Shown: positions 37,201-46,930, numbered from the stretch's first letter. The stretch: DNA of 64,000 nucleotides from Sphingopyxis sp. (GCF_036675685.1 NZ_JAKFEM010000042.1:55880-119879), one strand, 5' to 3'. The notes: generated by a model not told the origin, from the sequence alone. Program-made: numbers and translations.

Positions 37201-37578
37201 GGGCTGGTGGTGATGTCGAGCATCAACCAGCGCATCGAGGAAGGGAAACCCGTCGATGTCGCGATCGGCGAGGGGACGATGGAACGCGTCCGCGCGGTGC
37301 TGATGACCGGCATCGTTCCCGCGATCGGCTTCGTGCCGATGGCGCTCGCCACCGGAACCGGCGCCGAGGTGCAAAAGCCGCTCGCCATCGTCGTGATCGG
37401 CGGGTTGATCACCTCCACCTTGCTGACGCTGTTCGTCCTGCCCGCGATCAGCCATTTGCTGCTGCGCGGTCGGCATGAAAAGCATGTGGCGGGGGACTAT
37501 ACCGACGTCACGACGCTGGGCGAGCGGGTGTTCGTCAGGGATGGCGGCGGAAAACCGGCGGACGAAGCGATGTCCTAG
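34294..37578 (+). CDS. czcA: Heavy-metal efflux RND transporter, CusA/CzcA family
   Basis: ATG 34294 lies 1 nt after the czcB stop. The N-terminus MIEKLLDASIRFRWAVVLITL is typical of HME-RND pumps. It has 12 hydrophobic segments and two large periplasmic loops. Confidence 0.9.
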   Translation: MIEKLLDASIRFRWAVVLITLIVSAYGLTQLLKLPIDAVPDITNKQVQINTVEPNLGPLDIERLVTFPIETAMAGIPGLQSSRSISRNGFSQVTVIFEDRTDLYFARQQVAERLGQAKGTLPEGAEPQMGPVSTGLGEVLMYTVDFDRSANKASVAGKQGFQPDGSYRTPSGEILTDDVAKLGYLRSVQDWVIRPQLRSVPGVAGIDSIGGYEKQFVVQPDATKLASYGISFSELAEALERANISVGANFVERGGEAFLVRADGRIRTLDEIGRAAVARRGGVPVPVRDVATVQIGGELRTGSASENGRELVVGTVLMLADGNSRLVASAAAERLKEVAKSMPPGIVVKPVLDRSQLVDATIGTVEKNLAEGALLVAAVLFWLLGNFRAAVIATLVIPISFLIMGTGMNITGTSGNLMSLGALDFGLIVDGSIIIIENCLRRLAERQHREGRLLTLTERLHEVFEASREMVKPTIYGQAIIFLVFVPLLTFTGVEGKTFSPMAITVLLALGGAFIASLTFVPAMVALLIRGEVAEKEVKAVAWIKQRYAPVLDRVIARPWPWIGAGGGTFAAAALVFTMLGSEFIPVLGEGNLAMQALRIPSTSLATSQAMQLKVEKAVSSLPEVAFIYSKTGTAEVASDPMPPNASDTFIILKPRDAWPEGVRTKDDVIARVEQKLAPLVGNAFEISQPIQLRFNELIAGVRGDIAIKLYGDDLDEMGRAAQEVAAILGTVPGAADVKVEQTAGFPVLDVQFDRDAIARYGLTLRDVSDTVAAALGGREAGAVFEGDRRYDIVVRLDGRARDDLDAVGALPVLLPGEGGARASVPLSELARFSFSEGLNQVSRENGKRRVVVQANVRGNDLGSFVAEAQEKVKAQVELPPGSFIEWGGQFENLQAASARLSIVIPIIFAAIFGILFLALGGVRQAVAVYSAIPLALAGGVFALLLTGLPFSVSAAVGFIVLSGVTVLNGLVVMSSINQRIEEGKPVDVAIGEGTMERVRAVLMTGIVPAIGFVPMALATGTGAEVQKPLAIVVIGGLITSTLLTLFVLPAISHLLLRGRHEKHVAGDYTDVTTLGERVFVRDGGGKPADEAMS

Positions 37579-37909
37579 CCGTAACCGCAGAGGCTGCGAG
37601 CGTGGGCGAGTTCATGCTCGCGGCTTCCGCGGTTGGCGGAACCGGCGACATCCTCGCGGTCCGCCACCGCTCGCTGACTTCGACGCTGTCGAAGATATGG
37701 CGCCCTTGGGTGATGAGCACCGCACCCAGGCTTGCGCACAGAAAGCCGGCGGCAGCCAGAAGCAGAGCCCCGGCCCCGGGGTCGGCGTGGATCCTCGAGA
37801 GGTGGAGCGCGGCGAGTTCGCGGAAGGCAAGCCAGGCGAGGCCGCATAGCGCCGCGCCGCCCAGCCGCAATCCGATGTCGGTCCTTCTGTCGTGATACCA
37901 GTCGCGCAT
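37535..37909 (-). CDS. Hypothetical small membrane protein (two predicted TM helices)
   Basis: Uses the frame of ORF 37535..37936 with an internal ATG at 37909. GC3 is high. The predicted helices are GGAALCGLAWLAF and ALLLAAAGFLCASLGAVLI. Its 3' end overlaps the czcA 3' end by 44 nt. There is no recognisable family and no clear ribosome-binding site. Confidence 0.3.
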   Translation of the reverse strand: MRDWYHDRRTDIGLRLGGAALCGLAWLAFRELAALHLSRIHADPGAGALLLAAAGFLCASLGAVLITQGRHIFDSVEVSERWRTARMSPVPPTAEAASMNSPTLAASAVTARTSLRPPVFRRHP

Positions 37910-38030
37910 GCCACATTCCTTGATGTAGCAATCCATCTATAGGCGGCCGCATAGGGTTTCGAGATCGAATCCGGCGATCGGCATAGTCTTGGCATAATGT
38001 CCCGGCCGTCCGTCCTGTTTGTCCGTCGGT

Positions 38031-38717
38031 TCAGCTGTCGCCGAGCAGCCGGTAACCGACGCCAAGTTCGTTCGCGATCACGCTGCCCACCGCGCCGGGC
38101 TCTTCGACCTTTTGCCGCAGGTTGCGGATGACGATGCGGAGATATTCGACCGGCGCGTCTTCGCTGCCATGCCAGGCGGCGGCGAGGATGCGCTGGTGCG
38201 TCACCACGCGCCCGACATTGGCGGCGAGCAGCGCGAGCACATCATGTTCCTTGCGTGTCAGATGCGCCTCGACGCCGCCCCGCCGCGCGATACGCTGGTC
38301 GAGGTCGACCTCAAGATCGCCCTTGCGGAAAATCTTGGGCGCGGTTTCGGATACGCCATGATGGCGCAGGGCGACGCGCAGGCGCGCCAGCAATTCCTCG
38401 CCATCGAACGGCTTGGTCACATAGTCCGCGGCGCCAAGATCGAGCGCCGCGACCTTCTGGTCGGTCGCATCGCGCGCCGAAACGACGAGGATGACGGTGT
38501 CGCCTTCCTTCTTGAGCAGCGGAACGAGTTCGAGCCCGTCGCGGTCGGGAAGGCCGAGATCGAGCAGCACCGCGTTGGGCTTTTCTATCGCCGCCATGGC
38601 GAGCGCACTTCGTCCATCCACCGCCTCGACGACCTGGTGGCCGGCGCGTTCGAGCGTGTTGCGCAGCAGCCGCCGGATCGACTGTTCATCGTCGACGACA
38701 AGAATTTTGGCGGACAT
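38031..38717 (-). CDS. kdpE: Response regulator KdpE (OmpR family)
   Basis: It has a receiver domain (ILVVDDEQSIRRLL...LLDLGLPDRDG) and a winged-helix C-terminus. TGATG overlap with kdpD. Confidence 0.9.
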   Translation of the reverse strand: MSAKILVVDDEQSIRRLLRNTLERAGHQVVEAVDGRSALAMAAIEKPNAVLLDLGLPDRDGLELVPLLKKEGDTVILVVSARDATDQKVAALDLGAADYVTKPFDGEELLARLRVALRHHGVSETAPKIFRKGDLEVDLDQRIARRGGVEAHLTRKEHDVLALLAANVGRVVTHQRILAAAWHGSEDAPVEYLRIVIRNLRQKVEEPGAVGSVIANELGVGYRLLGDS

Positions 38718-41392
38718 CAGAGTTCACTTTCTGGGGAGCTGTTGCGCACGATGAGCGGCGAAGGAAAGCAAAGGCTGAAGCGCGCGCCGGTCCGGTCGGT
38801 CCGGTTTGCGGCTTCGACCGTCATTCCCATGGCTTCCGAAAAGGCCTTCACGATGGCGAGGCCCAATCCGGTGCCGCCGACGGCCCGATCGGAGCCCTCG
38901 AAGCGGCGGAAGGTCTCGAACACCTCGGCCTCGCGGCCCGGCGGCAGGCCGGGCCCTTCGTCGATGACCGAGAGTTTGAGCATGCCGAAGCTGTGCGCCG
39001 CTTCGATGATGATCGGCGAGCCCGGATCGGCATAGCGGCCGGCATTGTCGAGCAGGTTCAAAAGGCAGTGATGCAGAAGCTGCTGGTCGACCTTGACCAG
39101 CGGCATAGCCGGCGGGACGGCGAGCTGGATGGCATGGCCTTCGAGCGAACGCCGGGCGTCGTGCGCCGCGCCCGCGACGGCATCGGTGAGGTCGACCGCC
39201 TCGACCTTCAGGTTAAGCGCTCCGGCTTCGACGCGCGCCATGTCGAGCAGGTTGGCGACAAAGCGGTTCAGCCGCGCCGCCTCGGCCTCGATCGTCGCGA
39301 TGAGGTCGGGGGTTACCCCGTGATGCAGCTCGGCCGCCGCCGCCATCACCGCGGTCAGCGGCGTCCGAAGGTCATGGCTGACCGAAGAGAGGAGGGCGGC
39401 GCGCAACCGGTCGCGCGTGCGCACGACATCGACATCGCGCATTTCCTCTTCGAGCCGTAGCCGCTCGAGCGCAAGCGCGGCTTGGTCGACGAGGCTGGTC
39501 AGCAGCGGCAGCTGGTCGGGGCGTAGCGGATCCTCGCCATTTTCCTTCGCCAGCCCAAGCACGCCCTGGACGTTCTCGCCGGCGCGCAGCGGCTGGAAAT
39601 ACCAGTCGGACGCGGCGAGCGTGCCCGATCCTTTTCCGGTCGGCGTCCCGTTGTCATAGGCCCATTGCGCCGCGGCGAGCTCCATCGTTTCGAGGCGGAA
39701 TTGCAGATCGCTGGCGGCCTGGATCACCAGACCCGTCCCGCCGCTCGGCACCAACAGGACAGTCCGCAAATCGAACAGGCGCGCGACATCCTCGCAAATC
39801 GCCCGGGCGAGCTCGACCGGATCGCCAAGCGGGGTCAGACGGCGAAGGAAACCGGCGAGCGCCGCGTTGGCGCGGGCGCTCGCGGCCGCCATATCGGCTT
39901 GCGCGCGCACCCGCGACGTGAGCTGGCTGGTGACGATCGCGACCCCCAGCAGGACGAGGATCGAGATGACATTTTCGGGATTGTTGACGGTCAGCGTACC
40001 CGTCGGGGGCAAGAAGAAGAAATTATAGGCGAGGCTCGAGGCGAGGCCGGCAAACAGCCCGGTGCGCAGCCCGAACAGCGTCGCCGCCACCATGACCGGC
40101 AACAGGTAGAGCAGCGCGACATTGCCCAGATCGAGAATATGAAACAGCGCGCTCGCGGCCGCTGTGACACCGGCGACCATCGCGGTCGTCCACAGATAGC
40201 CGCGCCGCGATCCCCACGGCCCGCGGGGGATGCGAAAACCGCGGGGCTGGGCAGGGGAGGCGTCGAGCGGAAGGACATGCACGGCAACGTCGGGCGTCTC
40301 GCGCACAAGCCGATCGACGACCGAGCCATGACGCAATTCGAACATGCGCGAGCGATGCGATTTACCGACGATGAGCTGGGTTGCGCGCGCATCCTTCAGA
40401 TAGGCCTTGATCCCGTCGACGATCGATATGGCGGGGACGGTCGCGACGCTGCCGCCGAGCCGGGTCGTGAGGTTCATGACCGCGGCAAGCTGCCGATGTT
40501 CGGCTTCGCCAAACGACTGGGCGCGCTGGGTCTCGATATAAACGGCGGTCCAGGGCGCGTGCAGCGCATCGGCGCTCCGTTTGGCGGCGCGTACCAGCCC
40601 GTCGGCGCCGGGCAGCTCGTTGATCGCGACGACAATCCGTTCGCCGCCCGCCCAGGTGCCGCCGACGCCGAGCGCGCGGACATGATCGAGCATCTGGGCA
40701 TCGACCGCCTGCGCCGCGCGGCGCAGCGCCAGTTCGCGGAGCGCCGACAGGTTCGATTTCGAGAAGAAGTGCGACAGCGCGCGCGTCGCTTCCTGTGGCA
40801 GATAGACCTTGCCGGCCTTCAGCCGCTCGATCAGCTCGTCGGGCGGGATGTCGACGACCTCGATCTCGGCGGTTTCGAGGATGCTGTCGGGCACGGTCTC
40901 ACGGACACGCACCCGCGTGAAGGACGCGACGACGTCGTTCAGGCTCTCGATATGCTGGATGTTGAGCGTCGAATAGACATCGATACCGGCACCGAGCAGT
41001 TCCTCGACATCCTGATAGCGTTTGGGATGCCGGCTTCCCGGCGCATTGGTGTGGGCGAGTTCGTCGACCAGCACGAGGCGCGGCGCGCGTTCGAGGATCG
41101 CGTCGAGATCCATTTCGCTGAGCGTGCGGCCCTCATAGGGAATGGCGCGGCGCGGCATCACCTCATGGCCGCGAACGAGCGCCTCGGTTTCGGCGCGGCC
41201 GTGGGTTTCGACGACGCCGATCACCACGTCCACCCCGTCGCGTGCCCGCGCCGCGCCGTCGGTCAGCATCTCATAGGTCTTGCCGACACCCGGCGCCGCA
41301 CCCAGAAAAATCTTGAGACGTCCCCGGCTCTCCTGCGACGCTTGCCGCAGGAGAGCGTCTGGATCGGGGCGATCTGGCTCGCCCGCCCTCAC
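38717..41392 (-). CDS. kdpD: Sensor histidine kinase KdpD
   Basis: 891 aa. Domains seen: N-terminal KdpD domain with P-loop GAAPGVGKTY, a Usp-like region, 4 TM helices, HisKA SVSHDLRTPL and the HATPase motif GTGLGLAIV. Confidence 0.95.
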   Translation of the reverse strand: MRAGEPDRPDPDALLRQASQESRGRLKIFLGAAPGVGKTYEMLTDGAARARDGVDVVIGVVETHGRAETEALVRGHEVMPRRAIPYEGRTLSEMDLDAILERAPRLVLVDELAHTNAPGSRHPKRYQDVEELLGAGIDVYSTLNIQHIESLNDVVASFTRVRVRETVPDSILETAEIEVVDIPPDELIERLKAGKVYLPQEATRALSHFFSKSNLSALRELALRRAAQAVDAQMLDHVRALGVGGTWAGGERIVVAINELPGADGLVRAAKRSADALHAPWTAVYIETQRAQSFGEAEHRQLAAVMNLTTRLGGSVATVPAISIVDGIKAYLKDARATQLIVGKSHRSRMFELRHGSVVDRLVRETPDVAVHVLPLDASPAQPRGFRIPRGPWGSRRGYLWTTAMVAGVTAAASALFHILDLGNVALLYLLPVMVAATLFGLRTGLFAGLASSLAYNFFFLPPTGTLTVNNPENVISILVLLGVAIVTSQLTSRVRAQADMAAASARANAALAGFLRRLTPLGDPVELARAICEDVARLFDLRTVLLVPSGGTGLVIQAASDLQFRLETMELAAAQWAYDNGTPTGKGSGTLAASDWYFQPLRAGENVQGVLGLAKENGEDPLRPDQLPLLTSLVDQAALALERLRLEEEMRDVDVVRTRDRLRAALLSSVSHDLRTPLTAVMAAAAELHHGVTPDLIATIEAEAARLNRFVANLLDMARVEAGALNLKVEAVDLTDAVAGAAHDARRSLEGHAIQLAVPPAMPLVKVDQQLLHHCLLNLLDNAGRYADPGSPIIIEAAHSFGMLKLSVIDEGPGLPPGREAEVFETFRRFEGSDRAVGGTGLGLAIVKAFSEAMGMTVEAANRTDRTGARFSLCFPSPLIVRNSSPESEL

Positions 41393-41982
41393 CGATCCCG
41401 GCCGGCCCCGAGGCGATCGAGCGCCTGGTTGATGGCGAGGACGTTGACGCGTTCCTCACCCAGGATGCCGAGCAGAGGATGCTTGGTCTGCTCGGCCACG
41501 AGCGCGCGCACGCGGTTTTCGGGCAGTCCGCGCACCTTGGCAATGCGCGGGGCCTGCGCCAGCGCCGCTGCGGGCGAGAGGTCCGGATCGAGCCCCGAAC
41601 CGCTGGCGGTCACCAGATCGGCAGGCACTGCGCCGGTCAGGCCTTCGGCCTGCCGCTTTTCGACGTCGGCTTTGACGCGATCGGTCAGCGCCTGCGCCGT
41701 CGGGCCGAGGTTGGAACCCGAGGAAGCGAGCCCGTCATAGCCGTCGCCGGCGGCCGACGGCCGGGTCTGGAAATAACCGTCGGAGGTAAAGGCTTGGCCG
41801 ACGACGGCCGAGCCGATGACCTTGCCGGCCTGGTCGCGGATCAGGCTGCCATTGGCCTGGCTGGGGAATATCGCCTGTCCGATGCCGGTCATCGCCAGAG
41901 GATAGCCGATGCCGAGCAGGATGGCGAACAGGATCGTCATGACGATCGCGGGTCGCAGCGCGGATGTGAAGTCGTTGCCCAT
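41389..41982 (-). CDS. kdpC: K+-transporting ATPase subunit C
   Basis: 197 aa with a single N-terminal TM helix. It has the KdpC-type GSNLGP motif. 4-nt overlap with kdpD. Confidence 0.9.
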   Translation of the reverse strand: MGNDFTSALRPAIVMTILFAILLGIGYPLAMTGIGQAIFPSQANGSLIRDQAGKVIGSAVVGQAFTSDGYFQTRPSAAGDGYDGLASSGSNLGPTAQALTDRVKADVEKRQAEGLTGAVPADLVTASGSGLDPDLSPAAALAQAPRIAKVRGLPENRVRALVAEQTKHPLLGILGEERVNVLAINQALDRLGAGRDR

Positions 41983-41993
41983 GCTATGCTCCC

Positions 41994-44033
41994 TTAGGCC
42001 AGACCGAGGCCGCCAACGGCCAGGTCGATGAGTTTGATGCCGACGAACGGCGCGACGAGGCCGCCAAGCCCATAGACGGCAAGGTTGCGGGCGAGCAGCG
42101 GGCCGGCCCCCATCGGCTTGTAGGCGACGCCCCTAAGCGCGAGCGGCACCAGCAGCGGGATGATCAGCGCGTTGAAGATGATCGCCGACAGGATCGCGCT
42201 TTCGGGGCTCCCCAGCCCCATGACGTTGAGCACGCCCAGTCCTGGATAGAGCACGACAAACATCGCGGGAATGATCGCGAAATATTTGGCGACGTCGTTC
42301 GCGACCGAGAAGGTGGTGAGCGCGCCGCGGGTCATCAGCAATTGCTTGCCGAGGCCGACGACCTCGATCAGCTTGGTCGGATCGCTGTCGAGATCGACCA
42401 TATTGCCCGCCTCGCGCGCCGCCTGCGTGCCCGTGTTCATCGCGACGCCGACGTCGGCTTGCGCAAGGGCAGGGGCGTCGTTGGTGCCGTCGCCGCACAT
42501 CGCGACAAGACGCCCGCCTTGCTGTTCCTTGCGGATCAGCTCGAGCTTGTCCTCGGGCGTCGCCTGCGCGAGGAAATCGTCGACGCCTGCTTCTGCAGCA
42601 ATCGCGGCGGCGGTCAGCGGGTTGTCGCCGGTGATCATCACCGTGCGGATGCCCATCTGGCGCAGCTCGCCGAAACGCTCGCGAATGCCCGCCTTGACGA
42701 TGTCCTTGAGGAAGATCGCGCCGAGCAGCTTGCCGTCGACGGCGACCGCGAGCGGGGTGCCGCCCCCGCGCGCGATCTCGTCGGTGATACGGCGGAGTTC
42801 GGTGGCGGTCGCGGTCTCTTCGGCGCCCGGATTGGCCTTGAAGACCGAATCGACGGCGCCCTTCTGGATGACCGACGTGCCGATCTGGACCCCCGAGATG
42901 CGCGTCTGCGCGGTAAAGGGGATGACTTCGGCACCCGCTGGCAGTGCCTGTGTGGAGATTTGGAAGCGTTCGCGCGCGAGGGCCACGATCGAGCGACCCT
43001 CGGGCGTTTCGTCGGCGAGGCTGGCGAGCAGCGCCGCCTCGGCAAGTTCGCCGACCTGCACGCCGCCGACGGGGCGGAATTCGCTGGCCTGCCGATCGCC
43101 GATCGTGATCGTGCCCGTCTTGTCGAGCAGCAGCACATCGACGTCGCCCGCCGCTTCGACCGCGCGGCCCGATTTGGCGAGGACGTTGAAGCGCACCAGC
43201 CGGTCCATGCCCGCGATGCCGATCGCCGAGAGCAGCGCCGCGATCGTCGTCGGGATCAGCGTGATGAGAAGCGCGGCGAGGATGCTCACCGGGATCGCGC
43301 CGCCCGCATAGGTGGCAAAGCCCGGAATCGTGCCGACCGCGATCAGGAAGATGATCGTCAGGCCGACGAGCAGGAGGGTGAGGGCGATCTCGTTCGGCGT
43401 TTTCTGCCGCTCGGCGCCTTCGACCAGCGCGATCATCCGGTCGAGGAAGCCCTGACCCGGACCCACCGTCACCCGCACGCGGATTTCGTCGGAGATGACG
43501 CGCGTGCCCGCGGTGACGGCGGAGCGGTCGCCGCCCGCCTCGCGGATCACCGGCGCGCTTTCGCCGGTGATCGCCGCCTCGTTGACCGACGCCACGCCCA
43601 GGACGACTTCGCCGTCAGAGGGAATGAGGTCGCCGGTTTCGACGAGGACGATGTCCCCGACCTTGAGCGCGCTCGCCGGGACATTTTCGACCTGGCGCCC
43701 GTCGCCGCCCTTGAGGCGCTTGGCGGTCAGTTCGGCCTTGGTGGCGCGTAGCGAGGCCGCCTGCGCCTTGCCGCGGCCTTCGGCGAGTGCCTCGGCAAAG
43801 GTGCCGAACAGCACCGTCAGCCAGAGCCAGATCACCAGCTGGAGCTTGAAGCCGGTCGCAAGCCCGTCCTGCCCGACGACGAGCAGCACGGTGAGCAGCG
43901 TGGCCACGACCGCGGTCGTGAACATCACCGGGTTGCGGATCAGCTCCTTGGGATTGAGTTTGCGAAAGGCGTCGCCGATCGCCGGAACGATCAGGTCGGC
44001 CGTGAACAGAGATTTTGTGTTTGCGCGTGCCAT
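41994..44033 (-). CDS. kdpB: K+-transporting P-type ATPase subunit B
   Basis: P-type ATPase motifs [19 protein letters not shown] and [17 protein letters not shown] are present. Confidence 0.95.
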   Translation of the reverse strand: MARANTKSLFTADLIVPAIGDAFRKLNPKELIRNPVMFTTAVVATLLTVLLVVGQDGLATGFKLQLVIWLWLTVLFGTFAEALAEGRGKAQAASLRATKAELTAKRLKGGDGRQVENVPASALKVGDIVLVETGDLIPSDGEVVLGVASVNEAAITGESAPVIREAGGDRSAVTAGTRVISDEIRVRVTVGPGQGFLDRMIALVEGAERQKTPNEIALTLLLVGLTIIFLIAVGTIPGFATYAGGAIPVSILAALLITLIPTTIAALLSAIGIAGMDRLVRFNVLAKSGRAVEAAGDVDVLLLDKTGTITIGDRQASEFRPVGGVQVGELAEAALLASLADETPEGRSIVALARERFQISTQALPAGAEVIPFTAQTRISGVQIGTSVIQKGAVDSVFKANPGAEETATATELRRITDEIARGGGTPLAVAVDGKLLGAIFLKDIVKAGIRERFGELRQMGIRTVMITGDNPLTAAAIAAEAGVDDFLAQATPEDKLELIRKEQQGGRLVAMCGDGTNDAPALAQADVGVAMNTGTQAAREAGNMVDLDSDPTKLIEVVGLGKQLLMTRGALTTFSVANDVAKYFAIIPAMFVVLYPGLGVLNVMGLGSPESAILSAIIFNALIIPLLVPLALRGVAYKPMGAGPLLARNLAVYGLGGLVAPFVGIKLIDLAVGGLGLA

Positions 44034-44046
44034 GTCGGCTCCCCGC

Positions 44047-45750
44047 TTAGAAGGTTTGGCCGCGGATCATCGCGAGATGATCGGCGATGGGACCGAGCGC
44101 GAGGCTCGGCAGGAACGTAAGGCCGCCGAGGATCAGGATGATCCCGACCAACAGGCCGACCCACAGGCCGCCGGTGGTCGGAAAGGATCCGGTGCTCTCG
44201 GGGGTGTATTTCTTCGCCGCTAGGCTGCCGGCGATCGCCAGCATGGGCACGATGATGAAGAAGCGGCCGAGCCACATCGCCACACCGAGCAAGCCATTAT
44301 ACCAGGGTGTGTTGGCCGTAAGACCGGCAAAGGCCGACCCATTGTTCGCAACCGCCGAGGTGAAGGCGTAGAGGATTTCCGAGAAGCCGTGCGGTCCCTT
44401 GTTGAGCGGCCCGGCCAGTCCCGCTTCGGCCACCGACGAGAGTGCGGTGAGGCCGAGGATGGTGAGCGGCAGGATGGCGATCGCCAGCACCGCGAGCTTC
44501 ACTTCCCGCGCCTCGATCTTCTTGCCGACATATTCGGGGGTCCGACCGACCATCAGCCCGGCGACGAACACCGCGAGGATGGCGAACAGCAGGAAACCAT
44601 AAATGCCCGCGCCGACGCCGCCGATGACGACCTCACCCAACTGCATGTTGAACAGCGGGATCATGCCGCCGAGCGCCGTGAAGCTGTCGTGCATCGCATT
44701 GACCGCGCCGCACGATGCCGCGGTGGTAACGACCGAGAAGAGCGCCGATGCGGCGATGCCGAAGCGGACCTCCTTGCCCTCCATATTGCCGCCCGCGACA
44801 CCGAGTTGATGCAGGATCGGGTTGCCCGCGGCTTCCTGCCAATAGGTGATGCTGACCCCGGCGACGAACAGGATGATCATCGCCGACAGGATCGCCCAGC
44901 CTTGCCGCGTATTGCCGACCGCCTTGCCGAAGGTCCAGGTCAGGCCGAAGCCGATGACGAAGATCGACAGCATCTGCACAAGGTTGGTCAACGCATTGGG
45001 GTTTTCGAACGGGTGTGCGCTGTTGGCGTTGAAGAAGCCGCCACCGTTGGTGCCGAGCATCTTGATTGCTTCCTGGCTGGCCACCGGGCCGAGCAGGAGC
45101 GACTGTTTGGCGCCTTCGAGCGTCGAGACGTCGACCACACCCGCGAGCGTCTGCGGCACGCCGTTGGCGATATAGAAAATCGTCAGCAGGACGCAGAGCG
45201 GCAGCAGCAGGTAGAGCGTCACCCGTGTCGCATCGGCCCAGAAATTGCCGATCGTCGCCGCCGAGCGCCGGGCAAAGCCGCGGAACAGTGCAAAGGCGAG
45301 CGCGATGCCCGTCGCCGCCGACAGGAAGTTGTGGATCGTCAGCCCCAGCATCTGGCTGAGGTTCGACATCGTCGATTCGCCGCCATAGCTTTGCCAGTTG
45401 GTGTTGGTCGTAAAGCTGACCGCGGTGTTGAATGACAGATGCTCGCCGACCCCGGCAAGTCCTTGCGGGTTGCCGGGAAGCACACCCTGGAGGCGCAGGA
45501 CGGCATAGGTGAACAGCAGGAGCATGAAGTTGAAGATCAGCATGTGCACCGCATAACGGCGCCAGCTTTGCTCGGCATTGGGCTCGATGCCCGCGAGCTT
45601 GTAGAAGCCGGTCTCGACGGGACCGAGCACCGTATGAAGCGGTGTTCGGCGCCCTTCGTACAGCGCGAAAAGCCACATGCCGACCGGTTTGGTCAGCGCG
45701 AGCAGGATGCCGATGAAGGCGAGGATGAGGATCCATCCCTGGATGGTCAT
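44047..45750 (-). CDS. kdpA: K+-transporting ATPase subunit A
   Basis: 567-aa polytopic protein beginning [26 protein letters not shown]. It has KdpA-type selectivity-filter-like repeats ([17 protein letters not shown]). Confidence 0.95.
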   Translation of the reverse strand: MTIQGWILILAFIGILLALTKPVGMWLFALYEGRRTPLHTVLGPVETGFYKLAGIEPNAEQSWRRYAVHMLIFNFMLLLFTYAVLRLQGVLPGNPQGLAGVGEHLSFNTAVSFTTNTNWQSYGGESTMSNLSQMLGLTIHNFLSAATGIALAFALFRGFARRSAATIGNFWADATRVTLYLLLPLCVLLTIFYIANGVPQTLAGVVDVSTLEGAKQSLLLGPVASQEAIKMLGTNGGGFFNANSAHPFENPNALTNLVQMLSIFVIGFGLTWTFGKAVGNTRQGWAILSAMIILFVAGVSITYWQEAAGNPILHQLGVAGGNMEGKEVRFGIAASALFSVVTTAASCGAVNAMHDSFTALGGMIPLFNMQLGEVVIGGVGAGIYGFLLFAILAVFVAGLMVGRTPEYVGKKIEAREVKLAVLAIAILPLTILGLTALSSVAEAGLAGPLNKGPHGFSEILYAFTSAVANNGSAFAGLTANTPWYNGLLGVAMWLGRFFIIVPMLAIAGSLAAKKYTPESTGSFPTTGGLWVGLLVGIILILGGLTFLPSLALGPIADHLAMIRGQTF

Positions 45751-45764
45751 GACGACGCTCCTTT

Positions 45765-45854
45765 CTAGAAGCGTTCGGGGCGGATCAGAACCGCCACGAG
45801 ATAGAGGAGAAGACCGAGCGCGGTGAGCGCGGCGAGCCAGAGGTCGATGGTCAT
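45765..45854 (-). CDS. kdpF: K+-transporting ATPase subunit F (29 aa)
   Basis: Below the ORF-track size cut-off. My own translation is [29 protein letters not shown]. It has a GAGGTG ribosome-binding site, lies 14 nt upstream of kdpA, and has the KdpF-like YLV..L..PE.F ending. Confidence 0.8.
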   Translation of the reverse strand: MTIDLWLAALTALGLLLYLVAVLIRPERF

Positions 45855-45863
45855 CGCGTCACC

Positions 45864-45947
45864 TCACGCATTGTCGCACAGGCGGACATAGGCGAGCGTT
45901 GCCGCCAGCAGTCCGGCCAGTATCGCGATCCAGAGCAGATCCTGCAT
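45864..45947 (-). CDS. Unannotated 27-codon hydrophobic ORF between the porin gene and kdpF (possible second KdpF-like micropeptide)
   Basis: My own translation is MQDLLWIAILAGLLAATLAYVRLCDNA. An AAAGGAAC ribosome-binding site lies 12 nt after the porin stop. Its stop overlaps the kdpF ribosome-binding site (TGAGGTG). It shares a DL(L)W(L/I)A start and a Tyr-containing helix with KdpF. Confidence 0.5.
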   Translation of the reverse strand: MQDLLWIAILAGLLAATLAYVRLCDNA

Positions 45948-45959
45948 CTTCGTTCCTTT

Positions 45960-46820
45960 CTAGAAGGCTGCGGCGAGTGACACGACGACCGCCTCGTCGG
46001 CAATCGATCCGGTGCCGTCCTGGCCCTTGCTGAAGCCGGGTTGGAGATAGGCCGAGTCGCTGGCGGAAATGTCGGTGTCGACATAGCTGAGGTTCAGCGT
46101 CAGATTGCGCCACGTCGCGTCGGCGCCGAGCGACCAGTCCCAATAGCTGCCCGTGGGCGTGACGCTCGTGGCATTGGGGCCAAGGCCATCGTTGCCCGCG
46201 CTATGCCCGATATGCGCCTTCGCCGTGATCGGTGTTCCCGCGATAGCCACAGCCGCATCTCCCCAAAGGTAGAGATTGTCTTCCTTGTCGCCGGGATCGT
46301 TGTAGACGCCCGCCACCGCATCGGCACCCGTATAATACCAGCGGCCGAGCGCCTGCTGTTTCGGGGCATAGGCGGCGCCCGCGGTCAGCGTCGCGGGGCC
46401 GGTCGTGCCGGTGAGCTTGACATAGGGTTCGGCAAAATCGCTTTTGTCGGCACCGCCCGGATACATGTACCAGGTCAGCCCGGTATCGAGCGTGACGTTG
46501 TCCGAAAGCTGCGCCTTGTAACCCGCGATCAAGTCGAGTTCCATGTTCGCGCCGCCGAAGGTGCCCCAGGCGGAGAGGTTCGCCGCCCAGGCGCCGGCAT
46601 AGAAACCGCTCTCGTGCGAGATCGTAATGCCGCCCTGGACGGCCATATTCTCGTCGGTCTGTGAAACGCCGCGGAAGCGGTAGTCGGAAGTCAGGGTCGC
46701 CGAACCGTTGACGACGACCGCGGGCTTTGCCTCGGGTGCGTCGGTCTCGGATTGGGCATAGGCTGGCACCGCGGCGAAACCCGTGAGGCCGATGATCGGG
46801 AAGAGTATCGATTTGTGCAT
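45960..46820 (-). CDS. TorF-family putative outer-membrane porin
   Basis: It has a signal peptide ending ...AVPAYAQ. GSATLTSDYRFRGVSQTDENMAVQGGITISHESGFYAGAWAANL is the characteristic TorF/TIGR02001-type N-terminal block. It has alternating beta-strand patterns and a C-terminal Phe. Confidence 0.8.
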   Translation of the reverse strand: MHKSILFPIIGLTGFAAVPAYAQSETDAPEAKPAVVVNGSATLTSDYRFRGVSQTDENMAVQGGITISHESGFYAGAWAANLSAWGTFGGANMELDLIAGYKAQLSDNVTLDTGLTWYMYPGGADKSDFAEPYVKLTGTTGPATLTAGAAYAPKQQALGRWYYTGADAVAGVYNDPGDKEDNLYLWGDAAVAIAGTPITAKAHIGHSAGNDGLGPNATSVTPTGSYWDWSLGADATWRNLTLNLSYVDTDISASDSAYLQPGFSKGQDGTGSIADEAVVVSLAAAF

Positions 46821-46930
46821 AGGTCCCCCATTCGCGATTCCGCCACCGCCAATCGGTGGGGAATGCGAATCATGAGGACGCCCAATTAGGTGGGCTCAGC
46901 GTATCAATTCGAGAGCGAATTCGGCATTCG

